Assembly: GCA_963727805.1 (NCBI GenBank) | Contig: CAVSHF010000005.1 | Span: 576,001 to 640,000 of the forward strand | DNA length: 64,000 nt | Source: an uncultured Nitrospiraceae bacterium | GTDB taxonomy: Bacteria; Nitrospirota; Thermodesulfovibrionia; Thermodesulfovibrionales; Dissulfurispiraceae | Reading direction: 5' to 3' | In this document: positions 51,872 through 61,994 of the stretch, piece by piece | Position numbering within the stretch: the stretch's first letter is position 1 | Layout of the letters: every line of letters starts with the position of its first letter | Notes under the pieces: generated by a model | Database searches by the model: none | Told to the model about the DNA's origin: nothing | The model's input: the letters and a program-made list of their open reading frames with translations, nothing else | Program-made: the position numbers and the translations under genes

Positions 51872-52072
51872 CTAAATCTGGTAGGGAAGCATCTTCCTGA
51901 TGTTCGGAAGCAGAACATCGGGAACGGGACAACTCTTTCTGAGCGTTCTCATCTTTTTGGCGGGCTTGCCTGTCAGAAGATGTCCTTTATATGCCTTGTA
52001 TCGCATTATTTTGCCACTGCCGGTAACCTTGAACCTCTTTGCAGCACCCCTGTGCGTCTTAAGTTTCGGCAT
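51872..52072 (-). CDS. rpmI: 50S ribosomal protein L35
   Basis: [21 protein letters not shown]. Confidence 0.97.
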   Translation of the reverse strand: MPKLKTHRGAAKRFKVTGSGKIMRYKAYKGHLLTGKPAKKMRTLRKSCPVPDVLLPNIRKMLPYQI

Positions 52073-52221
52073 CTCTATCCTCCTCTCTATTAGATCAATT
52101 ATATAAACTAAAAAAGCGCAGGTATTTTCGGGTGATATGTATATGAGTTTTCCAATAACATCAACTCAAAAAAACTCCTCACCCCTCTAACCCCTGAACT
52201 CGTTTGCGATTATTGTCTGAA

Positions 52222-52722
52222 TTATTTACTGCTTGGGGCAATAACCATGGTAATCGACTTGCCTTCCATCCGCGGCTGCTGCTCCACGGTGAACTTGCCA
52301 GTAAGCGTCCCAAGGATCCGTTCAAACACCTTCATTCCCAGTTCAGGCCTCACAATCTCACGCCCCCTGAAGAACATAATTACCTTCGCCTTGTCCCCTT
52401 CATCGAGAAAGCGTCTTAGGTTCCTTATCTTCAGTTCCAGGTCATGTTCCGATATCTGAGGTCTTACCTTGACCTCTTTGACATCGACGGTCTTCTTTGC
52501 CGAGTGCTTCTTGCTTATCTGGTACTTGTACTTGCCGAAATCCATCACCCTGCAGACCGGAGGAACGGAAGTCGGCGACACTTCGACAAGATCAAACCCT
52601 TTTTCGCGGGCCATCTTCAACGCCTCTGCGGGTATCATAATGCCAAGCTGCCCGCCCTCTTCGTCGATGACTCTTATCTCTTTTGCCCTTATTCCTTCAT
52701 TTACCCTGATATCCTTGCTTAT
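52222..52722 (-). CDS. infC: Translation initiation factor IF-3 (AUA start)
   Basis: GGAGGTG then ATA AGC AAG GAT ATC AGG GTA AAT GAA, in frame; DLVEVSP..PPVCRVMDFGKY. Confidence 0.95.
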   Translation of the reverse strand: MSKDIRVNEGIRAKEIRVIDEEGGQLGIMIPAEALKMAREKGFDLVEVSPTSVPPVCRVMDFGKYKYQISKKHSAKKTVDVKEVKVRPQISEHDLELKIRNLRRFLDEGDKAKVIMFFRGREIVRPELGMKVFERILGTLTGKFTVEQQPRMEGKSITMVIAPSSK

Positions 52723-52753
52723 GCTCCCACCTCCATTTTTAAGTGAAGATCAT

Positions 52754-54652
52754 TCACTGTTTTTCACAGACCGCCTGCTGCACTATATCCATGAAGTCAG
52801 CGATACTGTAAGGGCCGGCGTTTTCTCCGTTTCTCTTCCGTACCGTTATCTGCTGGTCTGCAACTTCTTTATCTCCTATTATAACTAAATAGGGAATTTT
52901 TCTTAATGTTGCCTCGCGAATTTTATATCCTATCTTCTCGTTTCGAACATCCACCTCGGTTCGGATGTCGGCGGCTTTGAGCTGCCGGTGAATCTCCCGG
53001 GCGAACTCATCATGTCGCTCGGCTATCGTCAGTACCTTTGCCTGCACCGGAGTGAGCCAAAGAGGAAAGTCTCCTCCGTAATGCTCGATAAGTATTCCGA
53101 AGAACCGTTCGAGAGAACCCATCAGCGCGCGGTGAATCATGATCGGCCGGTGTTCCTTGCCGTCGCTTCCGCGATAGGTCATATCAAACCGTTCGGGGTT
53201 ATTGAAGTCGACCTGGATGGTGCTGCACTGCCAGTACCTGTTGAGAGCATCCTTTATTTTGATATCGATCTTCGGACCGTAAAACGCCCCCCCTCCAGGA
53301 TCGACATTGTATATCAGTCCCTTTTTCTCAAGCGAGAGTTTCAGCGCAGCCGTTGCCCTCTCCCAGCTCTCTATTGTCCCCACATATTTTTCAGGCCTTG
53401 TCGAAAGATAAATATCATATGCTTCAAACCCAAAGGTTTTGAGAACAAAGATCGTAAAATCGAGAATGTTCTGCATCTCTTCTTCGAGCTGCTCTTCCCG
53501 GCAGAAAATATGGGCATCATCCTGGGTAAATCCCCTCACCCTTAGCAAGCCATGTAATACGCCCGATCTCTCATAGCGGTAGACTGTGCCCAACTCGGCA
53601 TATCTGATCGGTAGATCACGATAGCTCCTGAGGTCGCTCTTATAAATCGTTATATGGAAGGGGCAGTTCATCGGTTTCAGCTCGTATGCGACCCCTTCGA
53701 TATCCATCGGGGAATACATGTTTTCACTGTAATAATCGAGATGGCCGCTCGTCTTCCAAAGGTTCAGCCTTGCTATATGCGGCGTAAAAAGTATCTTGTA
53801 ATCAGCTTTAAAATGCTCATTCCTCCAGAAGTCTTCGATGGTCTTCCTGATGAGCGCCCCATTGGGATGCCAGAGGATCAGGCCTGAGCCGATCTCGTCA
53901 CTCATGCTGAAGAGGTCGAGTTCCCTTCCCAGTTTTCTGTGATCCCTCTTTTTGACCTCTTCGAGGAAATCAAGATGGGCTTTCAGCTCATCCTTAGTCG
54001 CAAAGGCCGTGCCGTATATACGCTGCAACATCTTGTTATGTTCATTGCCCCGCCAGTAAGCGCCGGCAACACTCAACAACTTAAAGGCCTTCACTTTGCT
54101 TGTACGCACAAGATGGGGACCGCGGCAGAGATCGACAAAGCCGTCCTCTTCGTAAATGGTCACCTCTTCATCGGCAATATCGTTAAGGAGCTCGACCTTG
54201 TACCCCTCGCCTTTATCCTTGAAAAACCGCACTGCTTCATCTTTTGACATGTTTTTGCGGACAAAAGGGCTACTCTTTTTAATGATCTCGTGCATACGTT
54301 TTTCAATCTTCTGAAGGTCTTCTGCACTGAAAGGTGTTTCGAGGTCGAAGTCGTAGTAAAACCCGTCCTCAATTGCGGGACCAATGGCCAGCTTAACCTC
54401 AGGGAAGAGGTCCTTCACCGCATGGGCCATAATATGGGAAACGCTATGACGATATATCTCTTCCCCTTCCGCCGAATCAAACGCAATGGGTTCGATTATC
54501 GATGAAGGGTCAAGTTGTCCCGTGATCGTTGAGTATAAGTCTTTCAGCTCGCCGTTAACTTTAACAGCTAATGCTCTGACAGCCTCAAGCTCTTTTTTAA
54601 GATCCGATGGTGCTATCTCTTTTGTGGAGCCATCAGTCAATAACAGTTTTAT
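52754..54652 (-). CDS. thrS: Threonine-tRNA ligase (probable AUA start)
   Basis: RHSVSH, DLCRGPH, RDHRKLG, KPMNCP, FYGPKID; AGGAGG-N7-ATA in frame. Confidence 0.95.
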   Translation of the reverse strand: MKLLLTDGSTKEIAPSDLKKELEAVRALAVKVNGELKDLYSTITGQLDPSSIIEPIAFDSAEGEEIYRHSVSHIMAHAVKDLFPEVKLAIGPAIEDGFYYDFDLETPFSAEDLQKIEKRMHEIIKKSSPFVRKNMSKDEAVRFFKDKGEGYKVELLNDIADEEVTIYEEDGFVDLCRGPHLVRTSKVKAFKLLSVAGAYWRGNEHNKMLQRIYGTAFATKDELKAHLDFLEEVKKRDHRKLGRELDLFSMSDEIGSGLILWHPNGALIRKTIEDFWRNEHFKADYKILFTPHIARLNLWKTSGHLDYYSENMYSPMDIEGVAYELKPMNCPFHITIYKSDLRSYRDLPIRYAELGTVYRYERSGVLHGLLRVRGFTQDDAHIFCREEQLEEEMQNILDFTIFVLKTFGFEAYDIYLSTRPEKYVGTIESWERATAALKLSLEKKGLIYNVDPGGGAFYGPKIDIKIKDALNRYWQCSTIQVDFNNPERFDMTYRGSDGKEHRPIMIHRALMGSLERFFGILIEHYGGDFPLWLTPVQAKVLTIAERHDEFAREIHRQLKAADIRTEVDVRNEKIGYKIREATLRKIPYLVIIGDKEVADQQITVRKRNGENAGPYSIADFMDIVQQAVCEKQ

Positions 54653-54702
54653 GGCAGTCCCTCCTAACGAAAAAGGTAAGGTATATCATAGCCCATTACC
54701 CC

Positions 54703-55434
54703 CTAACGATTCAATAATATCCCGTCGATCATCTCGACGACGCGATGGCACCTCTTCGAGAGTGATTCATTGTGCGTTACGATGACAAATGTAACCCCTT
54801 GCTTTTCGTTGATCTCGATGAGCTGTCTGAATAGACTTTCCCCAGTTGCAGTATCAAGATTGCCCGTTGGTTCATCGGCAAATACGACGCGGGGCTCCAA
54901 AAGCAAAGCCCTCGCAACGGCAACGCGTTGCTGCTCCCCGCCCGAAAGTTCCCCGGGTTTATGCTCACATCTCTCATGCAATCCCAAAATATCGAGCAGA
55001 TGCATAGCTCTCTCGGTGAGTTCCTTTTTACTGCTGAATTTCTCAGGCCCGAACTTCGACGTATTAGTTCCAGAGAGACTTCGGCAAATAAGGCCTGGCA
55101 TAAGGACATTCTCGAGGGCGCTGAACTCAGGCAGAAGGTAATGGAACTGAAAGACAAAACCGATCATCCGGTTTCTGAATGCGGCAATCGCGCCGTTTCC
55201 CAGCGAAAAGGGCTCGACGGGTCCGTTCGCATTATAAACTATTTTGCCCTGTGTAGGCCTGTCGAGGGTGCCAAGTATATGGAGAAACGTGCTTTTGCCT
55301 GCGCCGGATGCCCCAACAACAGCAACCATCTCTCCTCCGCTGAAACTCATATCAATCCCCTTTATTACCTGCAACTCACCTGCCGGTGTCAGAAATGATT
55401 TATGGAGATTTTCAACTGAGATCAGCGAGCTCAT
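54703..55434 (-). CDS. lolD: Lipoprotein-releasing ABC transporter ATPase
   Basis: GASGAGKST, FVFQFHYLLPEF, LSGGEQQR, ADEPTGNLD. Confidence 0.9.
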   Translation of the reverse strand: MSSLISVENLHKSFLTPAGELQVIKGIDMSFSGGEMVAVVGASGAGKSTFLHILGTLDRPTQGKIVYNANGPVEPFSLGNGAIAAFRNRMIGFVFQFHYLLPEFSALENVLMPGLICRSLSGTNTSKFGPEKFSSKKELTERAMHLLDILGLHERCEHKPGELSGGEQQRVAVARALLLEPRVVFADEPTGNLDTATGESLFRQLIEINEKQGVTFVIVTHNESLSKRCHRVVEMIDGILLNR

Positions 55435-55766
55435 TGCGTCTCACCTGTTTTCGCCGGGGACTGCTTGACGGCAGCACCCTTCTTCTTCGTTTTCTTCCCT
55501 TGGGGGTCACTTTTGAGGGTAGACTCCTGCACTTCCTTGCCCTCGCTTTTCTTACCCATTATCTGTTCCTTCCATTCATCGGCTTGCATCTTGATCATAT
55601 CAGCCTTGGTACTTAACTTGAGCATAATAGTCTGAACACTCGATGCAATCGATTGTCCCAACTTCGTGAATGGCTCTCCACCGGCATGGGCAGAGACAAT
55701 CATAAAGATGAGCCAGGGAGTGACTATTATCACCGAGAGCCATTTTATGAGCTTAAGCGCCGTCAT
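55431..55766 (-). CDS. Hypothetical membrane-anchored protein
   Basis: N-terminal TM; 4-bp overlaps with lolE and lolD. Confidence 0.7.
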   Translation of the reverse strand: MTALKLIKWLSVIIVTPWLIFMIVSAHAGGEPFTKLGQSIASSVQTIMLKLSTKADMIKMQADEWKEQIMGKKSEGKEVQESTLKSDPQGKKTKKKGAAVKQSPAKTGETQ

Positions 55767-57004
55767 TCGTACCTTAATGATTCAACCGGATTGAGTCGGG
55801 CAGCATAATATGATGGATAAAGAGTCGAGAGGAAGCTTATGGCGATAGCTGACACAGAAACGACCGCGAAATCGATGAAATGCATCTTAACCGGCAACTT
55901 GCTGAGATAGTAGACGTCGGAAGGGAGCTTGATCAATTCGTAATTATTCAGGACATTTCCGAGGATGTATCCCCCGGCCAACCCGATGGTAGTCCCAACT
56001 ATCCCAATCACCAACCCCTGGAGCATAAAGATCAGCATGATACCCTGATTTGTCGCCCCCATCGACTTCAGTATCGCAATCTCCTTCTGCTTTTCCATCA
56101 CGTTCATCATCAGGGTGCTCACTATATTGAACGATGCAACCAGTACGATAAGTATCAATATGATAAACATGGCCAACTTTTCAAGCTTAAGCGCCGAGAA
56201 GAGGTTCTTGTTCATCTGCATCCAGTCCTTGATGAGAAAAGGCGGACCAAGCTTTTTGGTCAGTTCTTTACGCACTTCGGGAGCCGCGTAAATATCCTTC
56301 AGCTTAAGCTCAATGCCTGAGACGGCTGAGCCATAGCCATAAAATTCCTGTGCGGATTTTAGATCGGTAAGCGCCAAGTTGGCATCGTACTCGAACATAC
56401 CCATGTCGAAGATTGCTACTACCCTGAACTGCTTTATCTTAGGAAGCATTCCAAGAGGGCCAATCTCGCCAAGCGGCGATATGACATTGATCGTGTCTCC
56501 CACGAGGATGCCGAGCATGCTTGAAAGTTCCGCGCCGATTATGATCCACGGAGGACCTTCGCGCCTGATTTCACGGTCCTTTATTTCCGGCAGCTTGCCG
56601 AATTTAATACGGCCTAGGATTTCGGTTGTCTTTGCTTCGGTGGTGAGGTCAACCCCCTTCATGAAAAGGCCGTGCGCGTTTTTCCCGGTCGAGACAAGCA
56701 CCTGACCGAGCACAAAGGGAGAAACGTTCATGACAGCAGGCTCATCTTTCAGTCTATCCATCAGAGGCAGGTATTCCCTGATAGTGCCAGAATAGCTGAG
56801 CACGATAGCATGTGAGTTGGCGCCCAGGATTTTTTTCTGGAGGTCTTCCTGAAAACCGCTCATAACGGAAAGCACGACGAGAAGTGCCATTACGCCGACG
56901 GCGACGCCGCCGATCGAAATTGCCGTGTTGAAGGAAATCCCCTTATGCTTTTTTTTCGATCTCAGGTATCTCGCTGCAATGAATAATTGATAGGGAAGAT
57001 TCAT
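55763..57004 (-). CDS. lolE: Lipoprotein-releasing ABC permease LolC/E
   Basis: VLSVMSGF, DWMQMN..LFSAL, EIAILKSMGA, LNPVESLRYE. Confidence 0.9.
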   Translation of the reverse strand: MNLPYQLFIAARYLRSKKKHKGISFNTAISIGGVAVGVMALLVVLSVMSGFQEDLQKKILGANSHAIVLSYSGTIREYLPLMDRLKDEPAVMNVSPFVLGQVLVSTGKNAHGLFMKGVDLTTEAKTTEILGRIKFGKLPEIKDREIRREGPPWIIIGAELSSMLGILVGDTINVISPLGEIGPLGMLPKIKQFRVVAIFDMGMFEYDANLALTDLKSAQEFYGYGSAVSGIELKLKDIYAAPEVRKELTKKLGPPFLIKDWMQMNKNLFSALKLEKLAMFIILILIVLVASFNIVSTLMMNVMEKQKEIAILKSMGATNQGIMLIFMLQGLVIGIVGTTIGLAGGYILGNVLNNYELIKLPSDVYYLSKLPVKMHFIDFAVVSVSAIAISFLSTLYPSYYAARLNPVESLRYE

Positions 57005-57086
57005 AGAATTTCAATCAGAACACAAAAACCCAAACGGAGAATCAACCTCGGGTTTTGGGCCTTGACTTTTGGGTTTTGCATTAAGG

Positions 57087-58562
57087 TTACTGTTCCGGTT
57101 TTAGTTGGGGGAAAAGAATAACGTCGCGTATCGACGGTGAATTGGTCAGAAGCATGACGAGCCGATCGATACCGATGCCTTCTCCAGCAGCCGGCGGCAT
57201 GCCGTATTCGAGTGCCCTGACAAAGTCCTCATCCATCCAGTGTGCCTCTTCGTCACCCTTATTCTTGGCATCAACCTGCTTCAGAAATCGCTCTTTCTGA
57301 TCAGTCGGGTCGGTGAGTTCGGAGAATGCGTTCGCGATTTCGCGCGATGTAATAAAAAGTTCGAAGCGCTCAACGAGATCGGGATTGTCAGTCTTCCTCT
57401 TGGCGAGAGGTGAAAGCTCCACGGGGTAATCGATGATGAAAGTGGGTTGCACAAGCTCAGGCTCCACGAACTCCTTGAATATCTCGTCGAGTATCTTGGT
57501 AAGGGATGCATTGGTTTGAATATCAAGCTTCTTTTCTCTCGCCCATGCAAAAGCTTTGTCCCGATCGTTAATTGCCTCATCAGGAACGCCCTTCTGTTTC
57601 AAGGCTTCAAGCAGCGGAATCCTCGGCCATGGCGGCGTTAGGTCTATTATATCGTCGCCGTAAGGCACTTTTAATGTTCCGAGCGCCTTTTCTGCAATGT
57701 AAGTAAATATCTTTTCGGTAAAATCCATGAGAAAATTGTAGTCCTTATATGCCATGTAGAATTCGATCATGGTAAATTCAGGATTATGCTTCGTAGATAT
57801 TCCCTCGTTTCTAAAATTCTTGTTCAGCTCGAAAACCCTTTCGTAACCTCCAACGAGAAGGCGTTTGAGATAGAGTTCCGGTGCAATGCGCAAATAGAGA
57901 TCAATGTCGAGCGCATTGTGATGAGTCTTAAAGGGCTTTGCTGCTGCGCCTCCCGGTATCTGGTGCATCATCGGGGTCTCGACCTCGATAAAGCCGTTTG
58001 CTTCGAGGAAGTCCCTCAATGCCTTGATAATGGAGCTTCTCTTGGCGAAGATATCTTTAACCTGAGGATTGACTATGAGGTCGACGTACCTCTGCCGGTA
58101 CCTCAGTTCGACGTCCTTGAGGCCGTGCCACTTCTCGGGAAGAGGTCTCAGTGATTTACTCAAAAGCACAAAGTCCCTCACCTCTATGGTGAGTTCGTCG
58201 GTCCTTGTCCTAAAAAGCCTGCCCGAAACACCTATGATATCGCCGATGTCTAGTTTTTTTATTAATGCATACTTCTCGTTCAGAACACCCTTACTGAAAA
58301 AGATCTGTATCTTCTCCGTTGCGTCCTGTATCGTCGCGAAGCACCCTTTGCCGAAGTCGCGCATCGAGATCATCCTTCCAGCTGCGGAAACTGCAGCGGA
58401 ATTCGTCTCAAGCTCTTCCTTCGAGGCCGATGCATAGGTTGATTTGAGATATGCAGTGGTCGATTCGGGTTCGAACTTGCTACCATAAGGGTCCAGATGA
58501 AGTTCCTTAAGGTCGTTGAGCTTCTTAATACGCTGTTCTATGAGGTCGTTGATCTCTTCCAT
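57087..58562 (-). CDS. lysS: Lysine-tRNA ligase (class II)
   Basis: RYRQRYVDL, LRIAPELYLKRL, FRNEG..HNPEF, GIGIDRL. Confidence 0.97.
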   Translation of the reverse strand: MEEINDLIEQRIKKLNDLKELHLDPYGSKFEPESTTAYLKSTYASASKEELETNSAAVSAAGRMISMRDFGKGCFATIQDATEKIQIFFSKGVLNEKYALIKKLDIGDIIGVSGRLFRTRTDELTIEVRDFVLLSKSLRPLPEKWHGLKDVELRYRQRYVDLIVNPQVKDIFAKRSSIIKALRDFLEANGFIEVETPMMHQIPGGAAAKPFKTHHNALDIDLYLRIAPELYLKRLLVGGYERVFELNKNFRNEGISTKHNPEFTMIEFYMAYKDYNFLMDFTEKIFTYIAEKALGTLKVPYGDDIIDLTPPWPRIPLLEALKQKGVPDEAINDRDKAFAWAREKKLDIQTNASLTKILDEIFKEFVEPELVQPTFIIDYPVELSPLAKRKTDNPDLVERFELFITSREIANAFSELTDPTDQKERFLKQVDAKNKGDEEAHWMDEDFVRALEYGMPPAAGEGIGIDRLVMLLTNSPSIRDVILFPQLKPEQ

Positions 58563-58570
58563 GAAAGAGA

Positions 58571-58649
58571 ATTATACTGGCCGCCCCTGTTAATAGTCAA
58601 CCGCTGCATCGACGGCGGCTTGACTATTAACCGGTCATTGCAATAAATT
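58571..58649. promoter_or_regulatory. Back-to-back sigma70 promoters for lysS and tpiA
   Basis: 12-bp IR GTTAATAGTCAA/TTGACTATTAAC; TTGACT-N18-TATAAT (lysS) and TTGACT-N18-TAAATT (tpiA). Confidence 0.65.
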
Positions 58650-58657
58650 ATAGAACC

Positions 58658-59404
58658 ATGCGAATACCGGTCATAGCAGCGAACTGGAAGATGAATAAGA
58701 AGATGGACGAGGCCCAGGCCTTTCTCGACGAGTTTATTCCGCTCGTCTGGAACGAGAGAGACGTTGAGATCGTCATTGCACCGGCATACACTGCACTTTA
58801 CACTATGGCCAATTTGCTCAAGATAACTAACATCCGCCTTGCCGCCCAGAATGTCTTTTACGAAGAAAAGGGTGCTTATACCGGTGAGATATCCCCGGTG
58901 ATGCTTACCGATATCGGATGTTCCCATGTGATCATCGGCCATTCAGAGAGGCGTATCTATTTTGGGGAAACCAATGAGGTCGTGAATAAGAAAATCAGGG
59001 CGGCCCGAGAAAACGGACTGCAGGTGATCTTCTGTATTGGAGAGTCACTTGCGGAGAGGGAATCCGGTATGACCTTTGCTATCTTGAAAAAGCAGCTCGA
59101 TGAGGGACTCAGGGACATCGCCTCGAAGGGATTAGTCATCGCCTATGAGCCAGTCTGGGCCATCGGCACGGGAAAAACAGCCACTCCGGACCAGGCGCAG
59201 GAGACCCACGAGGTTATCCGCAAAACGATTGCTGGCATCTACGGCGAAATCGCAAGGGAGATACGGATTCTTTATGGCGGGAGCGTCACCCCTGAAAATG
59301 TCGATATCCTGATGGCCTGCCCTGATGTGGACGGCGCCCTCGTTGGCGGCGCGAGTCTCAAAGCTGACAGTTTTGCTAAAATCGTAAAATATAACAAAAA
59401 GTAG
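58658..59404 (+). CDS. tpiA: Triosephosphate isomerase
   Basis: ANWKMN, GHSERR, AYEPVWAIGTG, LVGGASL. Confidence 0.97.
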   Translation: MRIPVIAANWKMNKKMDEAQAFLDEFIPLVWNERDVEIVIAPAYTALYTMANLLKITNIRLAAQNVFYEEKGAYTGEISPVMLTDIGCSHVIIGHSERRIYFGETNEVVNKKIRAARENGLQVIFCIGESLAERESGMTFAILKKQLDEGLRDIASKGLVIAYEPVWAIGTGKTATPDQAQETHEVIRKTIAGIYGEIAREIRILYGGSVTPENVDILMACPDVDGALVGGASLKADSFAKIVKYNKK

Positions 59405-59461
59405 TCTCGTGCCATAAATAAATAAAATGAACTCCCCCGTTGGGGCTATCAGGAGGTTAGT

Positions 59462-59815
59462 GTGCAAGTCTTTTTGTTGATAGTGCATGTTATTGTAAGT
59501 ATCTTTCTTATCCTAATCGTTTTGCTTCAGAGTGGTAAGGGAGCTGAGATGGGAGCTGCATTCGGCGGATCGAGCCAGACCCTCTTCGGCAGCCGCGGAG
59601 CGGCCACGTTTCTGAATAAACTCACAACTGTTGCAGCAGTCCTCTTTATGGTAACCTCGCTTCTGTTAACAATAGTAACAACGAAAGGCTCTTCGGTCAT
59701 CCAGAATGTCCCGGTTGAACAGAGCAAAACGATGCCGCAGCAGTTGCCCCAGCAGCCCCTTTCACAGCCCGCTCCTCAGCAGCAACCAGCTCCTCAGGCG
59801 CCTGTCAGCAAATAA
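59462..59815 (+). CDS. secG: Preprotein translocase subunit SecG
   Basis: [18 protein letters not shown]; follows tpiA. Confidence 0.93.
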   Translation: MQVFLLIVHVIVSIFLILIVLLQSGKGAEMGAAFGGSSQTLFGSRGAATFLNKLTTVAAVLFMVTSLLLTIVTTKGSSVIQNVPVEQSKTMPQQLPQQPLSQPAPQQQPAPQAPVSK

Positions 59816-59842
59816 AAGATGATCCTATGAGTAAATGAGCGT

Positions 59843-61480
59843 ATGGTATCCTCGTTAATGGTCGCCATACGCTCATTTTTTTGTTTATTAAGCTCTTTAA
59901 CTATCTTGATTATTTGCGCTTCAAGTTTCTTTTGCATTGCCGGCTGCGCTAAAGAACCGGATATCAAATACCCGAACGCGATCACCCTGGGATCAGGCGC
60001 CGATGCTAAACGACTACTTCCCTTTTTGGCATCTGACGGCGCTTCAGGCCAAGTGAGCGGCTTTCTTTTCAACGGACTCATCAAATATGACAAAAACCTC
60101 ATTATCACCGGCGATCTCGCAGAATCGTGGGACGTAAGCGCTGACGGACTAACTATCACTTTTCACCTGAGAAAAGGCGTAAAATGGCATGACGGCGTCG
60201 AATTAACGTCAGAAGATGTAATCTTCACCTATGATGCAGTAACAAACCCGAAAATCCCGACACCTTACAGCAGCAATTACGGGCCGGTGAAATCCGTCGA
60301 GGCGCCTGACCGCTATACCATTCGGGTGCATTATAATGAACCTTTTGCCCCTGCTCTCGAATCATGGGGCATGGGCATACTTCCAAAGCATTGTCTCGAA
60401 GGGAAAGACATGGCCTCGCCTGAGATCAACCATCAGCCAGTCGGTACCGGACCATACCGTTTCAGAGAATGGATAACAGGTCAGAAAATAGTCCTTGAGG
60501 CATTCGACGGCTATTTCGAAGGACGGCCAAAAATAGACAGGATCGTCATAAGGGTCATCCCCGATCCGTCGACAATGTTCCTCGAGTTGAAGTTCGGCGG
60601 CATTGATTTTATGGGTCTCACTCCGCCCCAGTATAAACTCCAGGCGGATACAGATTTTTTCAAGCGCTATTTCCAGAAATTCCGATACCCTTCCTTCGGC
60701 TATACCTATCTGGGGTTCAATCTCCAGAATCAGATGTTTTCTGACGAAAGAGTCAGGCAGGCCATGGCACATGCGATCAATAAGAATGAAATCATCGCAG
60801 GTGTTCTGATGGGCTATGGAATTCCTTGTACGGGACCGTTCCCGCCCGAGTCATGGGCATACAACAGGGAAGTCAAGGATATCGATTTCGACCCCGGCAA
60901 GGCCATGGAGATTCTCTCGGAACTCGGCTGGAAAAGAAATGCTGAAGGATGGCTGGAAAAGGGGGGCAAGATTTTTTCATTCACTGTCATAACTAACCAG
61001 GGGAATGAGGAACGGATGAAGGCCGCCCAGATCATAAAGGAGCAACTCAAACGTGTGGGCATTGAAATGAACATTAAGGTACTTGAATGGCAGGCAATGC
61101 TCCACGAGTTTATTGATAAGAAAAAATTCGAGGCAGTCATCATGGGATGGGGACTTTCGCGTGATCCTGATCTTTACGATATCTGGCATTCGTCTAAAAC
61201 AAAGGAAGGTGAATTCAATTTCATCTCTTATAAGAATGAGGAGGTCGACCGGCTTCTGATAAAAGGAAGACAGACCTTTGACATCGGGGAAAGAAGAATA
61301 ATTTATCACCGTATTCATCAAATCCTTTCCGAAGAACAACCAACCATATTTCTCTATGTTCCGGATGCCCTTCCCGTGCTTCATAAAAGGATCAAAGGAG
61401 TAGAACAGGCGCCCATCGGTATCTGGTATGACTACATTCACTGGTATGTTCCGGCAGACCGGACCGCTTGGTATCAATAA
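59843..61480 (+). CDS. Peptide/nickel ABC transporter substrate-binding lipoprotein (family 5)
   Basis: IAGC lipobox, GDLAESW, LRKGVKWHDG, PVGTGPY. Confidence 0.9.
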   Translation: MVSSLMVAIRSFFCLLSSLTILIICASSFFCIAGCAKEPDIKYPNAITLGSGADAKRLLPFLASDGASGQVSGFLFNGLIKYDKNLIITGDLAESWDVSADGLTITFHLRKGVKWHDGVELTSEDVIFTYDAVTNPKIPTPYSSNYGPVKSVEAPDRYTIRVHYNEPFAPALESWGMGILPKHCLEGKDMASPEINHQPVGTGPYRFREWITGQKIVLEAFDGYFEGRPKIDRIVIRVIPDPSTMFLELKFGGIDFMGLTPPQYKLQADTDFFKRYFQKFRYPSFGYTYLGFNLQNQMFSDERVRQAMAHAINKNEIIAGVLMGYGIPCTGPFPPESWAYNREVKDIDFDPGKAMEILSELGWKRNAEGWLEKGGKIFSFTVITNQGNEERMKAAQIIKEQLKRVGIEMNIKVLEWQAMLHEFIDKKKFEAVIMGWGLSRDPDLYDIWHSSKTKEGEFNFISYKNEEVDRLLIKGRQTFDIGERRIIYHRIHQILSEEQPTIFLYVPDALPVLHKRIKGVEQAPIGIWYDYIHWYVPADRTAWYQ

Positions 61481-61630
61481 AACCCTTTCACACCACCGTG
61501 CCGCTTGAGATGGGGAAATATAAATTTACTCTTGACAACAAGGGGCGTCTGTGTTAATAATTGATACTAGTGTTTAGGAGAGATCCCTAATTTTGGCGTC
61601 CATATTGATTTGGAAGGAGGTGATTCAAGA

Positions 61631-61837
61631 ATGAAGAAGGTATTGGCAATCGTTCTTTCACTCATGCTGCTCGTAGTTTTCGCAGTTGGTTGCAAGAAGG
61701 CTCCGGAAGCTCCGGCTCCGGCCCCTGCTCCGGCTCCTGCGGCTCCCGCTCCGGCTCCTGCTCCGGCTCCTGAAAAGGCTGGTGAGAAGGCTCCTGAGAA
61801 GCCGATGGAAAAGCCTGCTGAGGCTCCTAAGAAATAG
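61631..61837 (+). CDS. Small Pro/Ala-rich lipoprotein
   Basis: Strong SD AAGGAGGTGA, AVGC lipobox, (AP)n and EKP repeats. Confidence 0.85.
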   Translation: MKKVLAIVLSLMLLVVFAVGCKKAPEAPAPAPAPAPAAPAPAPAPAPEKAGEKAPEKPMEKPAEAPKK

Positions 61838-61857
61838 CACCGCCTTTAACGGCAAAG

Positions 61858-61900
61858 AACACCATGAGGGACAGCAATGTCTCTCATGGTGTTGCTTTTT
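61858..61900 (+). terminator. Intrinsic terminator
   Basis: AACACCATGAGGGACA-GCAA-TGTCTCTCATGGTGTT then GCTTTTT. Confidence 0.8.
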
Positions 61901-61951
61901 CTAGGGAAATATTGCTATACTAAACCATCATTTTCTGTGATGCAAATTCTT

Positions 61952-61980
61952 AAGAGTGGGCAATCCCACTCTTTTGTTTT
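61952..61980 (+). promoter_or_regulatory. rimP leader hairpin/attenuator
   Basis: AAGAGTGGG-CAAT-CCCACTCTT followed by an interrupted T tract. Confidence 0.7.
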
Positions 61981-61994
61981 ATGGGACCAATGAT

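Noticed and set aside
59405..59842. tRNA near secG, as found in many bacteria
   Set aside because: No cloverleaf or T-loop motif found; no tRNA or rRNA was recognised anywhere in the window.
61705..61830. GCTCCG repeats as a non-coding repeat element
   Set aside because: They encode the Ala-Pro linker of a lipoprotein.
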